A DNA stretch of 64,000 nucleotides from an uncultured Candidatus Saccharibacteria bacterium (GTDB lineage Bacteria; Patescibacteriota; Saccharimonadia; Saccharimonadales; UBA10212): contig CAYUUT010000001.1 of NCBI GenBank assembly GCA_964448095.1, forward strand, positions 29,067-93,066, written 5' to 3'. The notes below the pieces were generated by a model. That model had not been told where the DNA came from. It saw nothing but the letters and a program-made list of their open reading frames with translations, and did no database searches. Shown here piece by piece: positions 52,236 through 62,241 of the stretch. Every line of letters starts with the position of its first letter. Position 1 is the stretch's first letter. The translations under genes and the position numbers were made by a program.

Positions 52236-53855
52236 TTGTCTGACAGTTCAAAGCAGAAAAAAGATTGGTGGCACGGAGCCGTCGTTTACCAGGTGTACCC
52301 TCGGAGCTTTTTGGATAGCGACGGCGACGGCATTGGCGACCTAAGGGGCATTATCAATAAACTCGATTACCTCGCCGGGGGCGCGGGCTCCTTAGGGGTT
52401 GATGCTATCTGGATATCGCCGTTTTACAGTTCACCAATGGCCGACTTTGGTTATGACATAGCTGATTACTACACAGTGGACGCTGTGTTTGGGACTAACG
52501 AGGACTTTGACGAGCTGCTCAAGCAAGCTCACGAGCGTGACATACGGGTGGTTGTAGACTTTGTGCCCAACCACACCTCATCGCAGCATCCTTGGTTCTT
52601 GGAATCAAGGAGCTCGAAGGATAACCCTAAGCGAGATTGGTACACCTGGCGAGACGGAAGGCCGGAAGGCGGCGCGCCTAACAATTGGGAAAGCCCGTTC
52701 GGGGAATCAGTTTGGGAGCTAGACGCACTAACCGGACAATATTATTTACATACTTTCTTGAAGCAGCAACCGGATTTAAACTGGGATAATCCGGAGGTGC
52801 GCCGGGCTATGCACGAAGTTGCAAAATTCTGGCTGGACAAGGGCGCTGACGGTCTACGGGTTGACGCTGTGAGCTGGTTGTCTAAAGATCCTGAATTTAA
52901 GGACGATCTACCTAACCCTCACTATGTTGCCGGTAAAGACGACCCTTATAGTGCCCTGTTACATAACTTCAGCGTTCGAGGACCTCGTCTATTTGACTAT
53001 CTAAACGAACTCGCCGAACTATGCGCTAGCTACGGAAATCGATTTATGTTTACCGAAGCTTATCCCGAAGTTAAGGGCGACATTAGCCTTTACCTGAAAT
53101 ATTACGAGAACCTTCGCTACGATATTTGTGCCCCGATGAATTTTGAGTTCATCTCGCTCCCCTGGGAAGCCCAAGCCTACAAGAAGTTTATCGACTCATT
53201 CCAAGAAGCTCTCCTGCCCGATCAAACACCCATATATAACATGGGAAATCACGATCAACCGCGGCTGGCTTCACGAATTGGGCCTGAAGCTGCCCGGACT
53301 GCCGCCATGCTACTTCTAATGTTGCCGGGCATGGCCTTTATTTATTACGGGGACGAGCTGGGAATGACTAACTCCGCCCTCCCCGCGGATAAACTTCAGG
53401 ACCCGTTTGTTGGCGTAGATGGTTCAAGCCGAGATATTGCTCGGACGCCAATGCAATGGAGTAGCGAGAATAATACCGGTTTTAGCGCCAGTGAGCCCTG
53501 GTTACCCGTCACGCCTAACTACGTGGACCTTAACGTGGGGTCTGAGCGGGGCGACCACAAGTCTTTGCTCAACTTATACAAAGCTTTATTAAAAATCCAC
53601 AATGATTCAGATGCCGCAAAACACGGAAGTTATAGGTCGCTTGACGTTGGGCCAGACGTCTATGCCTTCGTAAGAGAAAATGAAGACCAGAGGATTACCA
53701 CTGTCTTAAACTTCTCAGATAAAAATGTTGACGTTCCGTCCACGGCGCTAAAGGGGTCTTTACTGCTGTCCACCTACCTGGATAATGGCTCGGCTGAAGT
53801 TCACGATGACGTCAAACTACGCCCCTACGAAGGGATTATAATCCTATCTGACTGA
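52236..53855 (+). CDS. GH13 alpha-glucosidase / oligo-1,6-glucosidase-type enzyme
   Basis: WWHGAVVYQVYPRSFLDSDGDGIGDLRGI, VVDFVPNHTS, GLRVDAV and GNHDQPR. Confidence 0.85.
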   Translation: MSDSSKQKKDWWHGAVVYQVYPRSFLDSDGDGIGDLRGIINKLDYLAGGAGSLGVDAIWISPFYSSPMADFGYDIADYYTVDAVFGTNEDFDELLKQAHERDIRVVVDFVPNHTSSQHPWFLESRSSKDNPKRDWYTWRDGRPEGGAPNNWESPFGESVWELDALTGQYYLHTFLKQQPDLNWDNPEVRRAMHEVAKFWLDKGADGLRVDAVSWLSKDPEFKDDLPNPHYVAGKDDPYSALLHNFSVRGPRLFDYLNELAELCASYGNRFMFTEAYPEVKGDISLYLKYYENLRYDICAPMNFEFISLPWEAQAYKKFIDSFQEALLPDQTPIYNMGNHDQPRLASRIGPEAARTAAMLLLMLPGMAFIYYGDELGMTNSALPADKLQDPFVGVDGSSRDIARTPMQWSSENNTGFSASEPWLPVTPNYVDLNVGSERGDHKSLLNLYKALLKIHNDSDAAKHGSYRSLDVGPDVYAFVRENEDQRITTVLNFSDKNVDVPSTALKGSLLLSTYLDNGSAEVHDDVKLRPYEGIIILSD

Positions 53856-53928
53856 GCGCGTCTGGCCTTACTCTAGAATATATGCTATAATTATTATGTA
53901 ATATATTCCTATTTTAAGGGAGGGCAAG

Positions 53929-54960
53929 TTGATTTCGTTCGTTTGGTCGGATCCGTTGCCTCTGTATTCTGGTCGTGGCGGTACAGAGACTTTTACAGTT
54001 GGACATATTCGCGAGCTTCTGCGCAGAGGCATACCAGCACAAATACTTACTTACGGACTAGGTAAAGCCGATGGCCGGGAATTTTTTCCGGATATAACCT
54101 TTAGAAGCTTGAAGTCTCTCAAGGAATTAAGCACGCTAGATGATACCATCATTTACTTAAACAAGCCTCACGCTATTTCAACCAAGAGGCAATCCTACGT
54201 TATATTCCATTATCCACCGCTCGAACAGTTCGGCCGAAAAGCTGATTACATAAGGGGCGTTTCTAAAAGCGTAGTTATAGCTAATAGTCGATTTTTGAGG
54301 CATTTTTTTGCGGATTATTTGAACCTTGAGGAGAGCGGTATCCGCATAGTTTATCCTTTTGCTGACCCCGTTTTTGCAGATGTAGCGCGCAGCAAAACTC
54401 CGCCGGGTGCTACAAGGGTGCTTTTCGCCGGCAGACTAAGCCCCGAAAAGGGTATTTATACTCTTCTCGAAGCGCTTCATCATCCTATTGCAGCCTACTC
54501 ACCGCTAATCGACCAGGGTTTTGTATTTAATATAACCACCGCAGGCAGCCAAACCATTCATGGGCAAGTACTTAAAAAGATTTTGAAGAGTCACCCTTGG
54601 GTTAATTTAATCGAAGCTAAGCACAGTCCTAAAGAAATGGCGCGGTTGTTCGCCGAGAGCGATGTGGTGGTGGTACCTTCTAACCATAAATATTGGCACG
54701 AAGCCTTCGGTATGGTGTCAATCGAAGCCCAACACGCCGGCTGCCGCGTGCTGGGGACAAACGACGGCGGGCTGCCGGAAACAAACTGTGGTGAGTTAGT
54801 CTTATTTGAGCCGGGCAATTCTTTTGCTCTTTATAAAGCCATTTTGAAGGCCGGCAAAGAAGGCCCGCTTACCAAAACCGAGCGGAAAGAGGCCAATAAG
54901 CACTTCACCCTGAAAGAGTCGGTGGATGCTTTGCTGACGATTTTAAAAACTTATAAATAA
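53929..54960 (+). CDS. GT4-family glycosyltransferase (TTG start)
   Basis: FAGRLSPEKG and HEAFGMVSIEAQHAGCRVLGTNDGGLPE. Upstream are TGCTATAAT and an AAGGGAGGG SD. Confidence 0.75.
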   Translation: MISFVWSDPLPLYSGRGGTETFTVGHIRELLRRGIPAQILTYGLGKADGREFFPDITFRSLKSLKELSTLDDTIIYLNKPHAISTKRQSYVIFHYPPLEQFGRKADYIRGVSKSVVIANSRFLRHFFADYLNLEESGIRIVYPFADPVFADVARSKTPPGATRVLFAGRLSPEKGIYTLLEALHHPIAAYSPLIDQGFVFNITTAGSQTIHGQVLKKILKSHPWVNLIEAKHSPKEMARLFAESDVVVVPSNHKYWHEAFGMVSIEAQHAGCRVLGTNDGGLPETNCGELVLFEPGNSFALYKAILKAGKEGPLTKTERKEANKHFTLKESVDALLTILKTYK

Positions 54961-54981
54961 TCAGCTTTTTGAGAGTTTCGT

Positions 54982-57069
54982 CTATTTGCTGGCTTTGGCG
55001 ATGATTTCCTGGGCGACGTTGCCTGGGACATCGGCGTAGTGGTCGAGTTCCATGGAACTGGAAGCACGACCTTGGGTCATGCTGCGCAGATTGGTGGTGT
55101 AGCCAAACATTGTACCCAATGGTACGTAGGCGGTGATTTCTTTGATGCCGGCCTGCAGATCTTCCATTGTTTCTACACGGCCGCGCTTGGAGTTGAGGTC
55201 GCCAATGACATCACCCATCGAAGCTTCCGGCGTAATTACAACGACCTTCATGATGGGCTCCAGGAGTACCGGCGAGGCGTTCTTAACGCCTTCCTGAATG
55301 GCCATACTCCCGGCGATTTTGAAAGCCAATTCCGAAGAGTCCACATCGTGGTAAGTGCCATCATATAACTCGGCCTTAACGTCTACTACCGGATAGCCGG
55401 CAATGACACCGTTAGCCAGCGCCTCTTCGATGCCGGCCTTAACAGCTGGAATATATTCGCTGGGAACAGCGCCGCCTTTGATGCTATTGATAAACTCAAA
55501 GCCCTTGCCAGCTTCATTCTGAGAAACGCGCAGCCAAACGTGGCCGTATTGTCCGCGGCCGCCGGACTGGCGAATAAATTTGCCTTCGGCTTCCACCCCG
55601 TCTTTGCGGATGGTCTCGCGGTAAGCCACCTGAGGTTCGCCAATATTGGCCTCGACGTCAAACTCGCGCTTCATGCGGTCGACGATAATTTCCAGGTGGA
55701 GTTCACCCATTCCGGAGATGATGGTTTGACCGGTTTCGTGGTCAACTTTGATGCGAAAGGTTGGGTCTTCTTCGGCCAGACGCTGCAGGGCGATGCCCAT
55801 TTTTTCTTGGTCGGCTTTGGTCTTTGGCTCAATGGCAATGCTAACCGGCGGTTCAGGGAAAGTAATACTTTCTAAGATAATCGGGTTGGCCGGGTCGCAT
55901 AAAGTATTGCCGGTGGTGGTACCTTTTAGCCCAACAATAGCCGCTATGTCGCCAGCCTCTACTTCCGTTACGTCTTCGCGCTTATCGGCTTGCAGGCGGA
56001 CAATCCGGCCGACGCGTTCTTTTTCGCCGGTGGAGCTGTTTAAGATATAGCTGCCGGCGATAACTTTGCCAGAATAAACCCGGAAAAAGGCCAGCTTACC
56101 CACGAATGGATCGGTGGAAATTTTGAAGGCTAAAGCAGCAAACGGCTCGGCCGGGTCGGGCTTGCGCTCGATTTCTTCGCCGTTTTTGGGATTGGTGCCC
56201 CAGCTGCTGCCGCGGTCCAACGGACTGGGCAGGAAGTCGTTGACGGCGTCCAACAGTTTTTCAACGATGACCCCGCGGCCATCGCCACCGGATACGGCAT
56301 AGAACTTGCCGCCCAGAACTGCGGCGCGGATAGCGCTGCGGATATCGTCTTCACTTAAGCCCGCCTCGCCGACTTCAAAATACTTCTCGAGCATTTTTTC
56401 ATCTTCGGCGACGGCATTTTCAACCAGCAAACTGCGATATTTTTTGACCTGGTCGGCCATATCGGCCGGGATTTCGCCCTCGACTAGCTCGTGGTCGGTA
56501 AACTCTTTGTAGGAATAGGCTTTCATATTTATCAGGTCGACGATGCCGTTAACCGACTGCTCAAAACCAATGGGCAGGTGGATCGGGAAAGCTCGCTTGG
56601 AGAGACGGTTATGGATGGATTCCAAAGATTTATAGAAATCGCCACCGGTTTGGTTAATCTTGTTGATAAAACAGATGCGCGGCGTGCCATATTTGTCCGC
56701 CTGGCGCCAAACGGTTTCGGACTGTGATTCCACGCCCATCTTGCCGTCAAAGACAACGACGGCACCGTCCAGTACGCGCAAAGAGCGCTCAACCTCAACG
56801 GTGAAGTCAATGTGGCCCGGGGTGTCGATAATGTTAATGCCGTGGCCCTTCCAGGTGCATGACACAGCGGCGGCGGTGATGGTAATGCCCCGCTCTTTTT
56901 CCTGGGCCATCCAGTCGGTGGTGGTTTCGCCCTCGTGCACGGCGCCAATCTTATGCTTTAAGCCGGTACGATAAAGAATGCCCTCCGTGGCGGTGGTTTT
57001 GCCGGCGTCAATATGGGCGATGATGCCGATATTGCGCAATTTCTCTAGATCAACTTTTTTTTCTGCCAT
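54982..57069 (-). CDS. fusA: elongation factor G
   Basis: [22 protein letters not shown] and a size of 695 aa. The gene lies downstream of rpsG. Confidence 0.97.
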   Translation of the reverse strand: MAEKKVDLEKLRNIGIIAHIDAGKTTATEGILYRTGLKHKIGAVHEGETTTDWMAQEKERGITITAAAVSCTWKGHGINIIDTPGHIDFTVEVERSLRVLDGAVVVFDGKMGVESQSETVWRQADKYGTPRICFINKINQTGGDFYKSLESIHNRLSKRAFPIHLPIGFEQSVNGIVDLINMKAYSYKEFTDHELVEGEIPADMADQVKKYRSLLVENAVAEDEKMLEKYFEVGEAGLSEDDIRSAIRAAVLGGKFYAVSGGDGRGVIVEKLLDAVNDFLPSPLDRGSSWGTNPKNGEEIERKPDPAEPFAALAFKISTDPFVGKLAFFRVYSGKVIAGSYILNSSTGEKERVGRIVRLQADKREDVTEVEAGDIAAIVGLKGTTTGNTLCDPANPIILESITFPEPPVSIAIEPKTKADQEKMGIALQRLAEEDPTFRIKVDHETGQTIISGMGELHLEIIVDRMKREFDVEANIGEPQVAYRETIRKDGVEAEGKFIRQSGGRGQYGHVWLRVSQNEAGKGFEFINSIKGGAVPSEYIPAVKAGIEEALANGVIAGYPVVDVKAELYDGTYHDVDSSELAFKIAGSMAIQEGVKNASPVLLEPIMKVVVITPEASMGDVIGDLNSKRGRVETMEDLQAGIKEITAYVPLGTMFGYTTNLRSMTQGRASSSMELDHYADVPGNVAQEIIAKASK

Positions 57070-57082
57070 AGTTTCCTTTTGA

Positions 57083-57313
57083 TTAATTCTGAGTTTCTAG
57101 ATATTCAATTTGGACGGCCGGAAGCGCGGCGTCTGGGCCAACTTGACGATGGCGGGCCAGTCTTGCAGCAAGCTCCAGGGTCTCAGTTTCCATCTTGTCT
57201 AAGTGCTCCGCTGGCACTCCAAATCTTTCGGCAGCTTTGTATGCCTCTATGTCATGCAGGATGTAAGGATTGTCACCGGTCCGTCGGGCGGCCTCGTACA
57301 TTGCGTTACTCAT
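57083..57313 (-). CDS. small hypothetical protein between rpsG and fusA
   Basis: The start is moved to the ATG at 57313, 4 nt after the rpsG TAA, because the tracked N-terminus overlaps rpsG. It encodes 76 aa, and its stop is 13 nt before fusA. Confidence 0.45.
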   Translation of the reverse strand: MSNAMYEAARRTGDNPYILHDIEAYKAAERFGVPAEHLDKMETETLELAARLARHRQVGPDAALPAVQIEYLETQN

Positions 57314-57317
57314 GGCC

Positions 57318-57797
57318 TTAAGTCCTGGCAAAGTGGGCGAAGGCCCGGTTGGCCTCGGCCATGCGGTGCGTATCTTCGCGTTTTTTAACGGCTTCGCCGG
57401 TGCTGTTGTAAGCATCCACTAGCTCTAGTGCGATGCGGTCTTCCATGCTCATGCCGCTGCGGGCGCGGCAAGCGGCCACGAACCACATGATGGTCAGGTG
57501 TTGCTGGCGCTGGCCTTTAACTTCAAATGGTATCTGGTAGTTGGCGCCCCCAACTCGGCGGGAGCGGGTTTCCATGTGCGGCTGCACATTTTTCATAGCT
57601 TGTTCAAAAACTTCCAGAGGGTTCTGGACCTTGAGCTTGTCGGCCGCCTTTTGCATGCCGCCGTAGACCAGGCGCTCAGCCAGCTGCTTCTTACCGTCCG
57701 ACATCACCCGGTTGATGAACTTGGTGACCATGGTGTTGTTATAGATGCGGTCAGGCTGGACTTCGCGAACGAGCGATTTGGTGACTTTACGCGGCAT
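57318..57797 (-). CDS. rpsG: 30S ribosomal protein uS7
   Basis: MPRKVTKSLVREVQPD ... VKGQRQQHLTIMW ... an AGAGGGG SD upstream. Confidence 0.95.
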   Translation of the reverse strand: MPRKVTKSLVREVQPDRIYNNTMVTKFINRVMSDGKKQLAERLVYGGMQKAADKLKVQNPLEVFEQAMKNVQPHMETRSRRVGGANYQIPFEVKGQRQQHLTIMWFVAACRARSGMSMEDRIALELVDAYNSTGEAVKKREDTHRMAEANRAFAHFART

Positions 57798-57972
57798 CTT
57801 CTACCCCTCTTAGCTCATCTTCGCTCACAAAGCCAAGCTCAATAGCCTCATCCAAAGCATCAACATCTGCCGACTCCATTCCAGATAAACCAACAGTTTT
57901 AACTTTCTCTACCAAGCTGTCTATATAGGCCTGGTAGTTAGAGGGCTCAGGAGCCGAAAATTCACCAGCCAT
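57787..57972 (-). CDS. small highly acidic hypothetical protein between rpsL and rpsG
   Basis: The start is moved to the ATG at 57972, 1 nt after the rpsL TAA. It encodes 61 aa (MAGEFSAPEPSNYQ...GVEDAA). Its stop lies 11 nt inside rpsG. Confidence 0.45.
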   Translation of the reverse strand: MAGEFSAPEPSNYQAYIDSLVEKVKTVGLSGMESADVDALDEAIELGFVSEDELRGVEDAA

Positions 57973-57973
57973 A

Positions 57974-58384
57974 TTATTTGGGCCTCTTGGCGCCGTATTT
58001 ACTGCGACCTTGTTTACGGTCGGCAACACCTTGTAGGTCGAGGTTGCCGCGGACGATGTGATAGCGGACGCCCGGAAGATCTTTAACCCGGCCGCCACGC
58101 ACCAAAACAACGGCATGTTCCTGCAAGTTGTGGCCTTCGCCGCCGATGTAAGCCCAGACTTCGTGGCCGTTAGTCAGGCGCACGCGGGCGACTTTGCGCA
58201 GCGCGGAGTTTGGTTTCTTGGGTGTTTTGGTGGTCACGCGGATACAAACTCCGCGCTTAAAAGGCGAGGCCTTTTCGTAAGTGCGGGTCTTCAAGTTATT
58301 GGTAACACGCTGAAGAGCCGGCGACTTAGTCTTGCCGGCGGCACTCTTGCGAGGTTTGTGAACTAATTGGTTAATGGTTGGCAT
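57974..58384 (-). CDS. rpsL: 30S ribosomal protein uS12
   Basis: [13 protein letters not shown] ... [17 protein letters not shown]. Confidence 0.97.
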   Translation of the reverse strand: MPTINQLVHKPRKSAAGKTKSPALQRVTNNLKTRTYEKASPFKRGVCIRVTTKTPKKPNSALRKVARVRLTNGHEVWAYIGGEGHNLQEHAVVLVRGGRVKDLPGVRYHIVRGNLDLQGVADRKQGRSKYGAKRPK

Positions 58385-58413
58385 GGCTGTTCAAAGGTGT
58401 TATTTTAGCAGAT

Positions 58414-61400
58414 TTACTCTGTTGCTGCAACTGCTTCTACCTCAGCCTCCTTTTCCAGTTTTTGTAGCGAGCGAGCGCCGGTACCCACCGGAATGCGGCG
58501 GCCCAAGATTACGTTTTCTTTCAAGCCGTACAGATGGTCGACTTTACCGCTAGTGGCGGCCGCAATCAGCACGCGGGTAGTGTCCTGGAAGGACGCGGCG
58601 GAGAGGAACGAATCAGTGGACAAACTGGCCTTGGTAATGCCAAGCAACAACTGGTTATAGTGCACCGGTTTCTTGTTCTTGGCGGAAAGTTTTTCGTTGG
58701 CTTCGACTACGGCTAATTTACTAACTACGTCACCGGTGATGAACTCACTGTCGCCGGAGTCTTCAATTTGCACCCGGCTGAACATCTGGCGGACGATAAC
58801 CTCAAGGTGTTTGTCGGCGACGGTCTGGCCCTGGCTGGCAAAGATGTAAAGGATTTCGTTCATGATGTAGCGCTGGCTGGCCTCGACGCCTTGCAAGCGC
58901 ATCAGCTCGTGCAGATTTATTGAACCGTTGGTTAGGCGTTGGCCAGCTACAACTTCGTCGCCATCTTTAACCATCAGCTGCTTGAAGCCGGGTATTTCGT
59001 AGCGCACCACACTTTTAGCGGTAGGTGTGATGGTAGCGGTAGTCTCGGTGAATTTAACTTTGCCGGCCATAGCGGCGGTTAGCGGTTCGCTGCCATCTTC
59101 CTGGGCGGCAACTACGTCACCGATGGCGACTTCGTCGCCATCCTTAACAGAAGGCGCCCGGCCGGATAGCGGCAGGCGCAGCGGCTTTTGCTCTTCGGCA
59201 GTAACTTGAACGATATACTGGTCGCCCTCTTCCCAGGCTTGAACTTTGCCCGAAAGGTCGGTCAAGTAGGCTTGACCCTTAGGGGTACGAACTTCCAAAA
59301 GCTCTTCCACGCGGGTCAGACCCTGGGTCACATCGTCACCGGCGGTTACGGCGCCGGCACGGTGCTTGGAGTCCAAACTAAGCTGAGTGCCGGGCTCACC
59401 GATAGATTGGGCGGCGATTACACCAATTGGGTAGTCGCTGGCGACCAATTGGCCAGTAGCCAGGTCGATACCGTAGCTTTCGCGGCTGACACCGCGAACT
59501 GAGGTGCAAGACAGCACACTCATGATGCGCACCGACTCAACTGATTCGTCTTCGGCCATAGCCTTGGCGATATCTTCGGTAATCAGCTCTTTGGCTTTGA
59601 CGTGCTTTTTGATGTTTTCGGCGGCAAAACGGCCGGTTATACGGTGCGCAAAGTCAACGCTAATGGCTTCGGAATCACTCTTGAAGATTGCCAGTCCGGG
59701 ATCAGCAACATCTTGGTCAACGGTAAAGACATCTTGGGCGACATCTACCAAACGGCGGGTCAGATAGCCGGAGTCGGCAGTACGCAGGGCGATGTCGACT
59801 AGCGATTTGCGTGTACCGCGGGTGGCGGTAAAGTATTCCAGCGGGCTGAGGCCATATTTATAGTTGGAGCGCACCGGCAACTCCATAGCGCGACCGGTGG
59901 CATCAGCACGGATGCCAATCATGCCCACAGAGTCTTTCATCTGGCTGAGGTTGCCGCGAGCACCGGAAGCAACGGCTATAGACATGGTGTTGTCTTCGGT
60001 GGCGAATTGCTCAGCCAAAGCTTTTTCGACTTCACCATCAACACCAGTCCAGGCTTCAACCGTCAAACGGTAACGCTCTTCATCGGTAATGAAACCGGCG
60101 GCATATTGCTTGGAGATTTCGGCAGACCGAGCTTCGCCTTTGACGACTATGCCTTTCAGAGCTTTCAGGTCGGAGAAATCTTCCATGCCGATGGACAGGC
60201 CGGACCGGGTAGCGTAACGGAACCCTATGTCTTTGAGTTTGTCGGCAATTTCTGAAGTAACGTCTTCGCCATAGCGCCGGTAGGTCATGGACATTACGCG
60301 GTTCAACTTCTTGTTGGTCATAGCTTCGTTCTGGAATGGGAAATCTTCGGGGAAAATTTCGTTGAAGAGTAAACGGCCAACGGTAGTGTCACGGATTTCG
60401 CCCCGGAGAGGCACCTTGACGCGAGTCTGCAGAGCGACCTTTTTGGCGTCCAGGGCCATGAGAGTTTCCTCTAAGCTGCTAAAGCTGCGGGGCTGTTTCT
60501 CTTCAACACCGTGGCGTTGGTAGGTTAGGTAGTAGCAACCCAGCACGATGTCTTGTTCAACGTGCAGGATTGGCGAGCCGTCGGCCGGCTTGAGCAAGTT
60601 GTGGTTAGATGCCATGATATCGCGGGCCTCGGCCTGAGCGACATCAGATAGCGGCAAGTGCACGGCCATCTGGTCACCATCAAAGTCAGCGTTAAAGCCT
60701 TTACAGACCAACGGGTGAAGTTGTATGGCTTTACCTTCGATCAAAACTGGTTGGAAGGCCTGAATCGATAGACGGTGAAGCGATGGAGCGCGATTAAGAA
60801 GGACATACTTGCCCTTAATAACTTCGTCCAAAGCATCCCAGACAGCAGCTTCACCCATCTCAATCATGCGCGTGGCGCTGCGGATGTTGTGGGCCAGTTC
60901 CTGTGAAATCAGGCGGCCAATGACAAAGGGCTTGAATAGCTCCAGGGCCATCGTCTTGGGCAAGCCGCACTGGTACATCTTTAGCTCCGGGCCGGAGACG
61001 ATTACTGAACGACCGGAGTAGTCCACGCGCTTACCCAGAAGGTTCTGGCGGAAACGGCCTTGTTTACCTTTTAGCATGTCAGACAGTGACTTCAGGCGAC
61101 GGCGTTGACCGGTAGCGGCAACCGCGCGGCCAGAGCGGGCACTATTATTGTCGATTAGGGCATCAACCGCTTCTTGCAGCATACGCTGCTCGTTGCGGCG
61201 GATAACTTCGGGCGCATTCAGCTCAACCAGCTTCTTCAGGCGGTTGTTACGGTTAATTACCCGGCGATACAGGTCGTTAAGGTCAGAGGTGGCAAAACGG
61301 CCACCGGTCAGCTGGACCATTGGCCGCAGATCCGGTGGAATCACCGGCAGAACGCTGACGCACAGGCTCGAAGGCTTGATGCCGGCGCGCTGCATGCTTT

Positions 61401-62241
61401 CCAGCAAGCGTAAGCGCTTCATGATTTTCTTTTTACGCTGGCCTTTGGCTTCATCGCCCTCTTTGGTTAGTTCTTTTATCAGTTTACTGAGGTCGACTTC
61501 TTCCAGCAGCTGCTTCAGCGCCGCGCCGCCCATACCCACAGAAATAACGGCTTGGACTTCATCGGGCAGATTGCGGTAATCGGTTTCGGACAAGAGATTG
61601 AAGGGAGCTAAAACGGCAACTTGAGCATTAAATTCTTCGTGGGCTTTAACCAGCTCTTCCAACTCTTTGTTATAGGATTCAGAAAGCTCTTTGGCGTTAA
61701 CACCTTCTTTAGCGACTTCCTCCTCGTAGCGTTCTTTAATAGCCGCTTCGGCCACAGCGAACTCGGAATCCTTATCGGCGATGATTTTCTCCAGCTTAGG
61801 CTCATCAACGCTTTTGATGACGTAGCTGGCGAAATAAGCCACTCGCTCGAGGTTTTTGACGGTCATACCCAGTAGCAGGCCGATGGCCGAAGGCGTGCCG
61901 CGCAGGAACCAAATGTGGGCTACCGGAGTAGCCAGGGTGATGTGGCCCATGCGTTCACGGCGAACAATGCTGCGCGTAACCAGCTCGCCATTTTTGTCGA
62001 TGGCGGCTTCGCGGCTGCGAACGCCCTTGTATTTAGCGTCGTGCGGATTGATATCTTTTACCGGACCAAAGATGCGCTCGCAAAACAGGCCGTCGCGTTC
62101 CGGTTTTTGGGTGCGGTAGTTAATGGTTTCGGGTTTAGTGACTTCGCCATGACTCCATTCCAGAATGTCTTCCGGGCTAGCAATGGCCAAGCGGACCGCG
62201 TCAAAATCGGCAATATTGGTTCCGGGGTTGTAGTTTCTCAT
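58414..62241 (-). CDS. rpoC: DNA-directed RNA polymerase subunit beta-prime
   Basis: The catalytic NADFDGDQMAVH motif and a size of 1275 aa. The gene follows rpoB with a 1-nt overlap. Confidence 0.97.
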   Translation of the reverse strand: MRNYNPGTNIADFDAVRLAIASPEDILEWSHGEVTKPETINYRTQKPERDGLFCERIFGPVKDINPHDAKYKGVRSREAAIDKNGELVTRSIVRRERMGHITLATPVAHIWFLRGTPSAIGLLLGMTVKNLERVAYFASYVIKSVDEPKLEKIIADKDSEFAVAEAAIKERYEEEVAKEGVNAKELSESYNKELEELVKAHEEFNAQVAVLAPFNLLSETDYRNLPDEVQAVISVGMGGAALKQLLEEVDLSKLIKELTKEGDEAKGQRKKKIMKRLRLLESMQRAGIKPSSLCVSVLPVIPPDLRPMVQLTGGRFATSDLNDLYRRVINRNNRLKKLVELNAPEVIRRNEQRMLQEAVDALIDNNSARSGRAVAATGQRRRLKSLSDMLKGKQGRFRQNLLGKRVDYSGRSVIVSGPELKMYQCGLPKTMALELFKPFVIGRLISQELAHNIRSATRMIEMGEAAVWDALDEVIKGKYVLLNRAPSLHRLSIQAFQPVLIEGKAIQLHPLVCKGFNADFDGDQMAVHLPLSDVAQAEARDIMASNHNLLKPADGSPILHVEQDIVLGCYYLTYQRHGVEEKQPRSFSSLEETLMALDAKKVALQTRVKVPLRGEIRDTTVGRLLFNEIFPEDFPFQNEAMTNKKLNRVMSMTYRRYGEDVTSEIADKLKDIGFRYATRSGLSIGMEDFSDLKALKGIVVKGEARSAEISKQYAAGFITDEERYRLTVEAWTGVDGEVEKALAEQFATEDNTMSIAVASGARGNLSQMKDSVGMIGIRADATGRAMELPVRSNYKYGLSPLEYFTATRGTRKSLVDIALRTADSGYLTRRLVDVAQDVFTVDQDVADPGLAIFKSDSEAISVDFAHRITGRFAAENIKKHVKAKELITEDIAKAMAEDESVESVRIMSVLSCTSVRGVSRESYGIDLATGQLVASDYPIGVIAAQSIGEPGTQLSLDSKHRAGAVTAGDDVTQGLTRVEELLEVRTPKGQAYLTDLSGKVQAWEEGDQYIVQVTAEEQKPLRLPLSGRAPSVKDGDEVAIGDVVAAQEDGSEPLTAAMAGKVKFTETTATITPTAKSVVRYEIPGFKQLMVKDGDEVVAGQRLTNGSINLHELMRLQGVEASQRYIMNEILYIFASQGQTVADKHLEVIVRQMFSRVQIEDSGDSEFITGDVVSKLAVVEANEKLSAKNKKPVHYNQLLLGITKASLSTDSFLSAASFQDTTRVLIAAATSGKVDHLYGLKENVILGRRIPVGTGARSLQKLEKEAEVEAVAATE

